A program made the position numbers and the translations under genes. The notes below the pieces were generated by a model. The model was not told the DNA's origin. It searched no databases and saw only the letters and a program-made list of their open reading frames with translations. A stretch of 63,077 bases of DNA, filler included, from Sphacelaria rigidula (lineage: Eukaryota), in NCBI GenBank assembly GCA_964200075.2. It is 11 parts of 11 records of this genome, joined end to end, with 100 filler letters (N's around TTAATTAATTAA, not from the genome) between each part and the next. Parts side by side here need not be neighbours in the genome. Positions count along the whole stretch, not along the records: positions 51,692 to 57,334 come from CAXNAA020025622.1; positions 57,435 to 63,077 come from CAXNAA020025623.1; 9 more parts are not named here. One strand, 5' to 3'. Numbering within the stretch: the stretch's first letter is position 1; every line of letters starts with the position of its first letter. This document shows positions 51,760-63,077 of the stretch, piece after piece.

Positions 51760-54700
51760 CTGTTATTGATTGATTTGTTGTTGTTCATCTGGACAGGTAC
51801 AGGTCCCAGTCCATCTGTCTCTCATTTGCTACAGCAGCAAGCATCTGTGCCATCGTATGGTTCACTCGTTCTGTTCCATTATGAACTAGTAAAAATGCGA
51901 CGGGCACCCAAAAGGTCACTGACGGCGGCTGAAAGTTTGCCTGAAAAATGCGGGCCGTTGTCAGACAATAAGCGTTTGGGCACACCCCACAGTGGGATGT
52001 ACATGTAGACAAGAATGTTGGCGGTACCTTCCGCAGTATAACTACTGGGGGGGACGGCGTGCATCACCGCATGTTGACCAAATCTCTCCGTAAACAACAA
52101 CATATACCTATTCCCACTATCCGTCAGGGGCAAAGGACCAAAATAGTCCCACGAAACGACTTCACCAGGCCCGTTTGGGAGTGGCATGGAAACAATCGGC
52201 CAACGAACCGTTTGACGAGAACGTTTTCGCGCTTGACACAAAAGACAACGCCTCACCCATCGACGACAACACTGATCCATACAAACCCACCAATAAAAAC
52301 GTTCCAACATCTGGGAGGTCATAATGGCTCCTCAATGAGTCGATGCCGGTGAATGGCATTCGTGTAGAACCCACGGGCGCAGGAGCATCGGGACGTAGAT
52401 GCGGATGGATTCATCACCTAGCAAGCGGGCATGTCGACTTGTAGGCTTCCCTGGGGAGGGCTGCTGTGGGCCGGCGAACTAAAAGAACTATACCATCATC
52501 ATCCGTATGTAGCATACCCTTCCTTGAAAGTTCAGTAACTTCATCCTGTGTGGGCGCTTTGAGATTCCCGACTGGCAAAAGGAATTCGGTTTCTGAGAAT
52601 GGACATGGGCAACCTTGAGATAGATAGTGGATAGCTGATTTACAAGCAGGTTCTGCCTGTTGTTCCCGGGCCTAATCGGCGTGGGAGAAGAGAGTCAAAC
52701 GTTCCTTGAATACACCATCTATTGAAGCGTCACCTTCGTGTTGGGTCGGTTCGGGGCGGGGTTGGCACGAAGCAGTGATTTCGGAATCAAGGGTGAGCCT
52801 ACCAGTTGGTGTACTCTCAGACGGAACATTAACGTCTACTCCTGCGTCGATTAGCGTGGAGGGTGTTGTGGTGGTGTTTGCAATATCATCACCAAGGGAG
52901 GGGGGCAAAGCCGTGGTTTCGGCTATGGTTGGCAGGGGCGGCACGGTCGGGATCGATTTCCGGGGGGCCTTGTGTCGCGGAGGCTGCGGGGGCGCAAGGA
53001 AACTATCGGGGACCGGGGTGGGGGCAGGTAGGGGAAAGTCAGGACCAGATACGGCTAATTTGGTGGCCGTTTCGGCGGTTTGCCGTCCACGAGTCCTACT
53101 CGAAATCAAATCTCGAACTTGAAATGGTAAGACGGAATCAGCCAAGGACGGTTCTACACCTGCTGCGAAAACCATGCGCTGGCCAGTTGCACGAAAATGA
53201 TCATAGCCAATAGTATTCGTAGACAGTCCATTCCAAACTGAGTACAACGATTGAGGTTGCAAGCTGCCTAGGACTGATGCGTGGGCTGTGATCGTCAGCC
53301 CACCCATGCCTGAAGCCGGCGTTTCTCTCAGTGAAAGTGGTGCGTAGAGACCTCTATGTCCATTCCTGCTTATGAAATATACAATGTCTTCGGTGGGATC
53401 GGTGATAAATCCCATGGGGGATTCATAGATAAGTTGAGCTGGTGTGGGCAAGCGTGTCAGGAAGTCGGCGTTTGCATTCTGGGGACCTGTGCGGTACCTC
53501 AGTTGAAAGTTGTAAGACGACAGGATTTCGATCCAGCGTTGGACCCTAGCGTTGTGTTCCGCCATTTTGGCAAGGCTTTCCAAAGACTAACGATCGGTAT
53601 AAATCAAAAACGGGATGTCATACAAATACTGACGCAGACGTCGCACGCCCCAAACAAGTGCGCCGTCCTCTTGTTCCATGACAGACCAATTCTGTTCATT
53701 CGGAAAAGTGGTGCAACTCAGATAGACAATGGGACGAACAGTAGCATCGACTTGCTCCTGTCCTAATGTGCAGCCAAACCCAATTTTAGAAGAATCTGTG
53801 TGGAGCCGGAAAGGGCGGGAACCCTGCTCCGCGGCCGACCAGTTGGGGAAGACGAGAATCGGCGGGCGCGAAAGGGTGTCGAGGAGGCGGCGGACGGTTT
53901 TTTCCATTTCCAATGTGAACACATATTTCATCCCTTTTTTGAGGAGGGTGGTGAGGGGTTTTAGCTTTTGGGCAAGGTTTGGCAAGTACTGTCTGTAGCA
54001 GCTTAGACCTCCCAACAAGGAACGCAATTGAGAAACGTCCCGTGGTATGTGCATATCGGAGAATGCGGCGACCTTGTCGAGGTTTGGGCTACGACCTTCG
54101 GTGGTGATGCAATGACCCAAGAACTCAATCTTCGTGGCGCCAATGCGGGATTTGGAGGGTGCGAGTTTCAAGTTGTGTTGTTCAAACCGATTGAAGAATG
54201 ATGCCAACTGTTCGACGTGTTCAACCGGTGTGGAGTCGTGGCACACCGCATCATCAAGGTAAATATGGCATTTGGGCCATCCATCAGTTACACGGAACCT
54301 TACACGTTGAAACGCACCTGGAGCTCCGGCGGCACCTTATGGTGTAACCAACCACTCGTACAAACCTGATGGTGTGAAAAACGCTGTCAGTTCAATGGAA
54401 TTTGGATCTATCACGAGCTGGTGGTAGCCGGACTGCATGTCAAAGTTCGGAAATACTTTACCCCCGCCAAGAGCGTCAGTAATTTCATCAATCCGTGGAA
54501 GTGGCCGCCGGGAGATTTGATGACAGCGTTCAATCGTTGATAATTGACAGTCAGTCTGATTTTGCCATTCTTTTTACGGACGAATACTAAAGGCGAGGCC
54601 CACGGAGACGTCGAGTGCCGGATCAAACCGTCGGATAAGTACCCATCGAGAATTACCTGGATCTTATCCGCTAGGGGGGGTTCCTACGATACGGACGTAT

Positions 54701-56460
54701 AGCGATAGGAGGAGTGCCATCAGGAATCTTGATCTTAAACGGTGTCGTGGTACATCGACCTAAATCCAAGGGTGCAGTAGAAAACCGTTCAGAGTATCTA
54801 ACCAAGATGGGTCTCAATCTATCGGTTACAGTTGGTGTCCAACCATCGCCAGATATATGAGAAACGATATACCGTAAGTGAGGGGGAATGCCATCTCACA
54901 ACTTTTGAAAATTGGCGCGTTGTTCTGGAGAAACTCTATCCAGTAATGCAGTTGGGGGTTGAGGGTCAGGCGCATCCGGTGGATTTGTCACCACCATGGA
55001 ATCAGGTACGTGTAGCGGAGGGGGGGCCGTGGATTTCGGGGGGTCGGTCGGCGAGTTGTTGTTCGCCGGGGGGCACACATCTGACAGGGCGGTTCGTATG
55101 AGAGGCGCTTGAGCATAATCCAACAACCGACCGTTGAGTATATCGAAACATGCAGAGGCGTGAGGAAAATGGCCTACCTACCTTCGTGGACAAAGACTTC
55201 GGTCTGTTCAAACGGACCAACCTGTGCTTGGTCAGGTTTCAGCAACTCGACCAAATAATGTCCTGTGAGGGCGGGCGATCAATGCGTCTCACGAGGTTTA
55301 CTTGGATTAGTTGGGGTTCACGAGAAAGCGAGATTACCGGTTCACCAACATAGTATAGACGGAAAGCATTTCCTGTTTTCGTGGGGTCATCCTCATAAGC
55401 ATGAGCTCCCTAATCAGTGTCGAAGTGACCCAGTGACAGTTTGCCTGTGACTGGGCGGTTCGGGACAGGTGTGTCCATCGTATACGTGTGTGTGGAAAAT
55501 CGAAGCCAACTACCTCGACCCAACAAAACATCAAGAGACATGGAACCATCGGGCACTATTAGTGCCCGTACGGACAACCGAGCAGTGGGAATAGTATCCT
55601 TGTAGAATTGTACACTTAGTCTCACCGATTGATTGACCGTAAGAGATGTGGAGGAACCAAACCCACCAAAAACACGAGGGTGCACGGTGGACAGACAATG
55701 CTCGTCCGCCGCGCCTGCGTTGATCATCTGTTGCCAGCGGCTGACTGTAATGAACGTTTGAGGTGAAGCAGAGTCTGGTAGTGCAAGAGCTACCAAATGA
55801 TAGCTTGCACGCGCTCCACTATGTAAACCTATCTTGCTCGTAAAAGAAGCATCACCAATAGTTGCAGTACCACTGACGAGATCGGGCCCGAATTCGGGTA
55901 AGGCATCTGACACATCCGGCTTTGCGTTTTCAGCGGCGGTGCTAAAATACACCAGTTAATGATCCTGTGGGACAAGTTTTTGGTCGGAAGGATGGTGCGT
56001 GCATGGAGTGTCAGTGTTTGTGCCCGGAATATTTGTCTCATCACTTGAGGTTTGAATATCATATACTGCAACGGAGGGGCGATGCCGGGGAAGGGCAGTG
56101 GTCGTGGTTGGACCCGACAACTGATCTGTGCGTGGTGTTTCACCCTTATTGGCCAACAGAGGGGGCGAATCGTCCTTGGGCAAAGCGGAATCAATTACAT
56201 TATCCAACTTGGACGGAACAGGGGACGATTCATCGGGGCACGGTGTTGAGTTTGAAACGCCAATCAACTCAATATCATCACTAGTTGGGGCCAACATGGA
56301 AGGTTTTGGAGAAGATTCGTCAGGACGCGGGGTTGGTAAAGCTGTGCTGTTCAACCCGGCGTCTATTAAAGGGGCCAACGCGGGCGAGTTAGGAGACGAG
56401 TCGTCTTGCGTAACGCTTTGTTTGCCTGGTGACGAACACACGATTGGGGTGCCTTCATGA
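51760..56460 (-). pseudogene. pol: Decayed Ty3/gypsy pol (protease-RT-RNase H-integrase)
   Basis: PR ALPDSASPQTFI..DVLLGR; RT IRHSTSPWASPLV..IRLTVNYQRLN and YLDD (54250-54261); RH PFRLHTDSS.IGFGCTL..FLIYTD; IN FYWW..CLLCQARK, DYFGPLP, LSDNGPHF; gypsy domain order; several stops and frameshifts. Confidence 0.95.
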
Positions 56461-57816
56461 CTAGGATGCGAACGTCCATAAGTCGGCGAAAGTCTCCGTC
56501 CTTACAGACGGCAGCGCTTCATCGGAAATGGGTTCTAACGTAGTGCACGCGGGGTGGTCAGGGAGCCGTAACGATCTGTTCGAAATCTGGGGAGTACCGG
56601 CCTGTTCCACTCTAAGGTTTTCATCTGCCTGAGCCCACACGCAATCTCATCCTTGGAGTTCACGTGCGCTTGCTACATCAGGGTTATCTACATGATCATC
56701 TGGAGGGGCCCGCCTCTGGTGACGCGTGTAGCACACGAAATGGTCGGCGGCTCCAGGACCTAATGAAATGAGTTCTTGGACAGTCGAACCTAGGTCACGC
56801 TCTTGGCGCACCACCTGAGTCGCTGTCACCTGGGGTTCCATTTCAACCCGCCGAGGCACGGAAAGCATGTGTTATTTGCGGCTGCGACCCTTCAAGGAAT
56901 AATGACGCTCATCAAATGAAAGGAAACCGAGCACCGTAGTTTTTGCGGAACTCGGTAGGGTGGTTAGCCGGGCACTTGAGCAGTTGAGGGGTGCTTGAGT
57001 GTGAGGCTTTGAATTTTGTGTTTTCCGATGAACAGTCGAAGCAGCAGTGTCTATCGTACCAGAAGATATTTCGGCTCCTGATGCGTGGGAAACTGCACTG
57101 CATGACTTCCTCCCCTTCGAAGGGAGGGGATTCGATTGGATATAATTAGTACCTGGTGAATGATACCTGGGTGATCAAATCCAGGGTTAAAACGTTGGGT
57201 TTGGTCACTGCTAAATTGATAGCCATGCAACGGTGCACGGGCTTCGACTGTCTTGGAACGAGCCATCCTACGATAGGGGGGGGGGTATTTGGTTGCACGG
57301 AAAAGAAGGCCCTTAAGTGGGTCGGCCATCCTTCNNNNNNNNNNNNNNNNNNNNNNNNNNNNNNNNNNNNNNNNNNNNTTAATTAATTAANNNNNNNNNN
57401 NNNNNNNNNNNNNNNNNNNNNNNNNNNNNNNNNNACTCCGAAAATGAAGTATGTGCAGTGATTGGGCTGGTGCAATGGACGGCACTTCAACGGCTGACGA
57501 TTTTTCGACACTCCAGCAGATACTGTCACATGCCCAAAACCGAAAAAAAATGCTGGCTGCAGCTCATTTTATTGAAAGACGTCGTAAAAGCTTGCATGGT
57601 TGTCTGCGCGTGCCAGAAGCAGGTCCGGAGATGTAACCACGAGGCAAACGACTATCCAACATTCCATGAACATTCCATGGCATCCAGCATTGCGTACATA
57701 CACCCGCGATGGAAATTGCACACATCCACAAGTGAGCTGACTTCACTGCAATGCATGATGCGTTGGATGAGTGCTCGTGGTTCTGCATGGGACGAGCGTC
57801 AGCAGTAGTACGTATG

Positions 57817-58021
57817 CAAGGGCAGGTCGAGTAGAGTATACTCAATTGCGTGCTATTTTGAAAGGCGTACTTGGGGTACTCAAGTTAGGGTAGAGTGTTG
57901 GGAGTCGTACCCAAAAAATAGCTGGGAAGCGATTCCTGAAATTCTATCCCCAATTTGTGTACGTTGAGCACGCCTTCCGAAATGCCCCGCAATTGAGTAT
58001 ACTCTACTCGACCTACCCTTG
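57817..58021. mobile_element. hAT-type MITE with perfect 8-bp TSD
   Basis: TIR CAAGGGCAGGTCGAGTAGAGTATACTCAATTGC / GCAATTGAGTATACTCTACTCGACCTACCCTTG; TACGTATG at 57809-57816 and 58022-58029. Confidence 0.92.
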
Positions 58022-59974
58022 TACGTATGTGTGAACACTTGAGTAGTTATTCCCGCTAAAAGTGCCAGTGTTGGCACCAATTGTGCTGTGCGGTTTTGCA
58101 AAAACAGCCATTGAAACCTCATTTTCTTGGCGAATCGAAGACGAAACAAGCACATCTTTGATGTGACAGCGTTTTCGTGAGATTGAGAGTAGAGCGCTGA
58201 TCGAGATTGGCTTCAATCATTCGCTTTCACCTAGCCAACTTTTCATTCCGTGTGCGCTTTTCTTTGCCTCCATCACTGGCGTGTGCTTACAGCTGCACGT
58301 TCGATATCCTACTCAGGGATATCAAGGTCCTCAGGGGCAAGCTACTACAGGAAACATTTGGGGCCTCGTGGAGGGGAGTTTCGGGATTTAAACAATTCAT
58401 TAACTAATTGGCCGCGTTTCACTCTCGATCGTATCCTCTACTCTCGATCTCTCGAAAACATTGTTATGTGTGGTTGAGTAAGAGCTTTCGTGAGAGCTAT
58501 CAAGCTCTGTCTGGATTGCACGGTGACCCTCTTGGTCAGCAGTTCAACCGCTTGGATTGGCCGTGTGTGGTTGGTCAGCTGCTACTTCTGTATTCCTGAT
58601 GCTCGCTATGGGTCTCAGTCCCACACTGCACATCTCCCAAGTATTTCGCTGCCCGTGCTGGGCTTAGATCTGAGAATCGAAACCTTGAAATCGATTTCGA
58701 CGTCGATCCCGACTTCTCTTGTGTAACGACACGTTTCAGACCGCTTCTTGTGAGACGAAAGTAAATCTCTGCAAGATATGCCTTGTATTGGCGAGTCAGC
58801 GCCGATTTCTACCAGAAGTTGGGCCTTGGCGGATTGTGCCAGGTTGGAGACATCTGCTATATCTTGCCACGAGGATTCTAGCGTACTTTCCCGATCTTTT
58901 GTGCGCGCAGATATACTTTTGGGCGGGCTAGCAATTTCTCAAACGAGCCACAAAATATGTTCAGGTACTCCAGAAAAACACGTACAAAATTCGAAAAAAT
59001 GCGGTATTCGTGGGGATGTTCGAGAAATCGATAATCCATCCAACAGGATAAGTGGGGCCCCGTAAGATCGGGAATGTGCGCTAGAATCCCCTTGAAAAGT
59101 ATGACAATATTTTCGAAGAGGAAATATCCGTCAAGCAAGGTCGTTATTCCGGCAATACTCCGCGCTGATTCGTCAAAAGGGCGTTTCTTGGAGAGATTCG
59201 TTTTCGTACCACAAGAGGTTCATGTCGCTGTGCCTGATGTTCCAGCGCGAGCAATAGTTGCTGGTATGGCGTAGGTGCGGTGCCAGAGCTACCGCGTCCG
59301 ATGTACACATGATCATCCTCCATTAGGGCTGCACCAACCTTTCCGCAGCCCACAGGTATCGTGGAAACGCGCGGCCAGGTGGCAACACGCGATGTGGCGG
59401 CGCGCAGTGTACATGATAGCCGTACTTTCCGATTCAGTTCAGCTTGCAATCCTGGAGAGGCACTTTCTCCTCCCGAGGTGCTCAGAGTTTCTCTCTGTTT
59501 GGCTGAACTCTGGTACTGGGCCAGAACACTCGTGTGACCTCGGAGGGGACGACCCCGCCTCGGGTGATGGCACAGATGATCATAAGCCATCGCCACATGC
59601 ATTCGTTTGCGATGCGCGATGCCAACCTGCTCTGCCTCGCCACCCCGTTACACACGCTAGCACTCGTCAGCGCGCGTGCCGTGCACCGTGGGACGAACCA
59701 TTCTCTCTGCCAGTCTTTTCTCCGCGAAGTAAACGGGGGCTGAGGCGTACATCCTCGGACAAATCTCGGCTACACCAAACTATCGACAGCGCGCTCGACA
59801 CGATCCTGTGCCAATGCACGCACATCGTCGAGAATGGCCATCAACAACGTTAACGTCGCGAAGGACTGCCGGTTAGAATCTACGGCGGTCGCAGCAAAAC
59901 ATACATGCGCCACGCAATTTACGTGAGACGACTCGAAAGCAAGAATTCAGACATACCGCCGAGTCAAGGACACT

Positions 59975-60560
59975 CAACATATGGATGCAACGGATCGGCA
60001 GCGGGAATCCACGCGTCAAGGCGATAACACGACCGTCGCGACCAGCGTCGATACCGACGACACGCGTGCCGCTGAGGCACAATACGTCACAAGCGTGGCA
60101 GAGACACACCAGCAGCCGCAGTCCAGGCGACGACAAGGTGATAGCAACGCCGCTGCGATCACCGCCGATAGTAACAAGCGTGGCGTTAAGGTAAAGAACG
60201 CTATAGGCGTGGCTGCAACACCGCAGTGGAGGAGATTCAGACATAGACAATTCGACAGCAACGCCGCTGCGATCACCGCCGACGCTAGCAGGCGTGCCGC
60301 CGAGGATAACGGAGCTCATCGCGTGGCTGCACCACAACGGCAGTGGGAATACAGACGACGACAATGCAACAGCACTACCACTGCGACCATCGGCGGTGCC
60401 AACGAGTGTGTCGCTGACGCAAAGCAAATCTTCCGCGTGGGTATGACAAACAGGCATCAGAAGTCCAGGCAGAGACAAGGCGGTAGCACCGCCACTGGCT
60501 GGCACTAAAAGATCACCGCCAACGATGCGAGCGCGCGGCTGCTGCCGCGCGAGGCACAAC
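59975..60560. repeat. Diverged 114-bp tandem repeat (~5 units), open on both strands
   Basis: Anchor GATCACCGCC/GACCA.CG at 60040, 60157, 60271, 60385, 60511; ORFs 59873-60559(-) and 59981-60508(+). Confidence 0.85.
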
Positions 60561-63077
60561 CAAGAATCGCAAGTGGAGCATGCTGTGATATCACCGCAGT
60601 TTTACTGATATGACTTTTCATGGGTAACGTGTATAGGTGTTGCGAGCAGCATTTAGCGTCCCGCAGTTGACCGTGAGTAACACTGGCATGGCTTCGTCAG
60701 GGTGGTGCAAGCGTTGTGGGCAGCGTTGAGCGTGCTGCAACTGAGCGTGATGCAGCACGGGAAACCATGCAAAGTTGCGTCAAACTTCGTGTTTCCGCCG
60801 CGTAGTGGGTACGTATATTGCGATTTGGTTCGACGTCGTTCCCGTCTCGTGGGCTTGTTCTTTCTTTGTTTCGGTTGATGTGCCCGCTCATGTTCGCAGT
60901 AACTGTCGCCAAGCCTAAATGATTCCAATCTTCCGAGTATTCCTGCCCTTTCGTATCTGCATGGTGCATGTTCGCCTTGTTGACACATTAAACATAACGT
61001 TAATCGAAAGTGAACAGAACGTTTATTAAAAACCTGTACGCATTTTAGCGCCCGCGGCCCGCTCCTGCTCATGATAGTCCCGTGGAGGATATCGGTTTTG
61101 TGTAGATGAGGAGGACCATAGCAGGACGCTCGGGCTCTACAGCGATTTCGTGTATTTTCGTTTTTGATCAACGGAATCGCAGCGGCCTAGCATGGTTGAT
61201 CAATCAAGCTGGGATTTTGGTGCATTCAAGCTCGTGTTTGTGCCACGCTCATACAGGAAGGGATGGTTGCACCCTGTACGTCTTCGTATCACGCTAGAGC
61301 GATGCTACAGTAGGGATGCACGTTTTGCGCAAAACTCTTGTCTGGTTCAGAGGCTCCTAACGATTTAGATGCACAAAAACATGGGCAAAGGCATCCCCGT
61401 TTGCAAGTTCATTCGGGATATCCCTAGCACATTGGGACAGTAATCCTAGCGTACCCCCACATGTTTCATAAGCCGTGTTTTGGATGAGATCAAAGGCTCC
61501 TAACAAAATCTAACCTCAAAAAATATTTGTGCACCCCTATCGTAGTATCACTCGCTAGCGTTGCAATGTACGCTTACAAAAGCGGAGACGCATACGGGAT
61601 TGCAGAGCAACTAGTTGTGGTGTAAAAACATTACCGGGAGAGGGAACGAGCTACATGCGAGTGGCAATGACCTACCGGGCCCGGACCCACTCGTTTACAT
61701 GAAGACGTGTTTTCATGCGCCACATTAACAATTGCGAACCCCCGGCGGGGAAAAAGGAGAAACGGCCTGTCAGCGCATAGGCGCAAAATGTGCTCACATT
61801 GGCATATTATGAGAAGTAGACGCTGGGATCATTGTCCTCATGTATGTGCCCGAATTAACAATCATACATGCGATCCCCAACAAGTTGCATGGGGGGGGGG
61901 GTTATATACGAGCTGGAACAACAAACCTTCGGTATCCTTTGGTGCCAAGCGATCACCGTGTCGTCCACCGCCGCTGCCCGCGCAGCGTCGCCCGATGCCC
62001 CGCCTTGGGGATGCAACACCCTGACAGAAAACCTTAGAGCTGGTTTCTCCTGCTCCCTACGATTGAAGTGATGCATGAGCAGTAATGGGATAGGTTATTT
62101 GATGTAAATCATTTGGCTGTAGCTTCACAACGCAGCATGCGCACAGGCAGAGGTCGTATAAACGTTTACGCTCCAAGGTTGTCCTGTGGGTGGATAAGGC
62201 ACGCGGGAAATTTCCTGCTGGGAATCAGCAGGCAGCACTTCGGCGGAGTGCATAGAGTTCTTTCATGTGGATGTGCCGTCAACGCATGGACGTAATACTC
62301 AATACACGAAATGGGGTGTGCGTACATTAACTTTCGTGTTTTCTTTGAAAGAAAAAATGATCTCACACACTATACAAAAGCAGCCCTGGTTTTCAAATAT
62401 AGGCATGCGTTGTGAGCCGCGCTTGCCTAGAGGCGATTATGGTGGGGTGCATAGTCCAGAAGTTGAGCAGCTAACACTTGAGGGTCAGGTTTCCTAACGT
62501 TTTTGCTCTGTGTGCATCGCACCTGTCAGATATAGCGGGAGGGTCGAGTGATATATCTTTGAGCGAATTCACCGCTCGCTCGAATAACCTCACCACATCA
62601 CGCAGAGAGAGCAACAGCTTCGAGCGAGTTTCTCTGATCCGCATCGCCTCTGCGCAATGATAACCGCACCCGGTGGTTGATAGCAGACGGGCGCGATGGG
62701 TAGGGGTTGGGTTGAGCGTGCGCGGGAGGCGGAGCGCGAGATGGGTCCTCTCGCTCCTCAGGCAACAAACGAGCTCAGACGTGCTTGATAGTGGCAGTAC
62801 GAACAACAGGTGGATGTGCCGACGGCTACGAGTCAAGGAAGGATCCATTAAGCCTATCGTGAAGCACTGAATCTCACTATACGCGTTCCTGCATCCAGTC
62901 GTTGTCCATACACATAATTTCAAGTGCAACCGTGTTTTCGCCGTCCAACAACACATGGTCCACTACTGAACAAGCGTAGATATACGAGCCATCCTACGAT
63001 AGATGGAGGGGGGGGTGTACTTATGATCATGCATGCCATAGTCATGAGACCATTGACATCGCGTCCCTACAAAGCCG

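Noticed and set aside
60143..60282. CRISPR-like array (identical 26-mer AGCAACGCCGCTGCGATCACCGCCGA twice)
   Set aside because: The intervening sequences are homologous to each other and ~88 nt long, and there are no cas genes: a diverged tandem repeat

Overview
This window is not one locus. It is 11 unrelated contigs of 5,643-5,644 bp (1-5644, 5745-11388, 11489-17132, 17233-22876, 22977-28619, 28720-34362, 34463-40105, 40206-45848, 45949-51591, 51692-57334, 57435-63077) joined by artificial 100-nt N/TTAATTAATTAA/N linkers. The DNA is repeat-rich, intron-rich and eukaryotic; the style of the introns and repeats suggests a brown alga (inference). Host gene fragments are: two CDC5/CEF1 exons (one with a 1-nt frameshift), a spliced IMPACT/UPF0029-like gene with a very long low-complexity final exon, and two unidentified multi-exon genes. 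Mobile DNA dominates: a decayed Ty3/gypsy pol, a second gypsy integrase-PPT-LTR end, gag-like ORFs, a probable KDZ/CxC transposase relic, tRNA-derived SINEs, (AATC)n-, (CA)n- and C-tailed retroposon ends, and many MITEs. The most unusual signal is a group of non-coding elements with CAGGCTGGGC termini. Their terminal repeats are themselves palindromic, two copies form a head-to-tail dimer sharing one terminus, and each copy carries a ~270-290 bp subterminal hairpin whose variable segments differ between copies yet stay complementary within each copy. No CRISPR array or intact novel enzyme system is supported.
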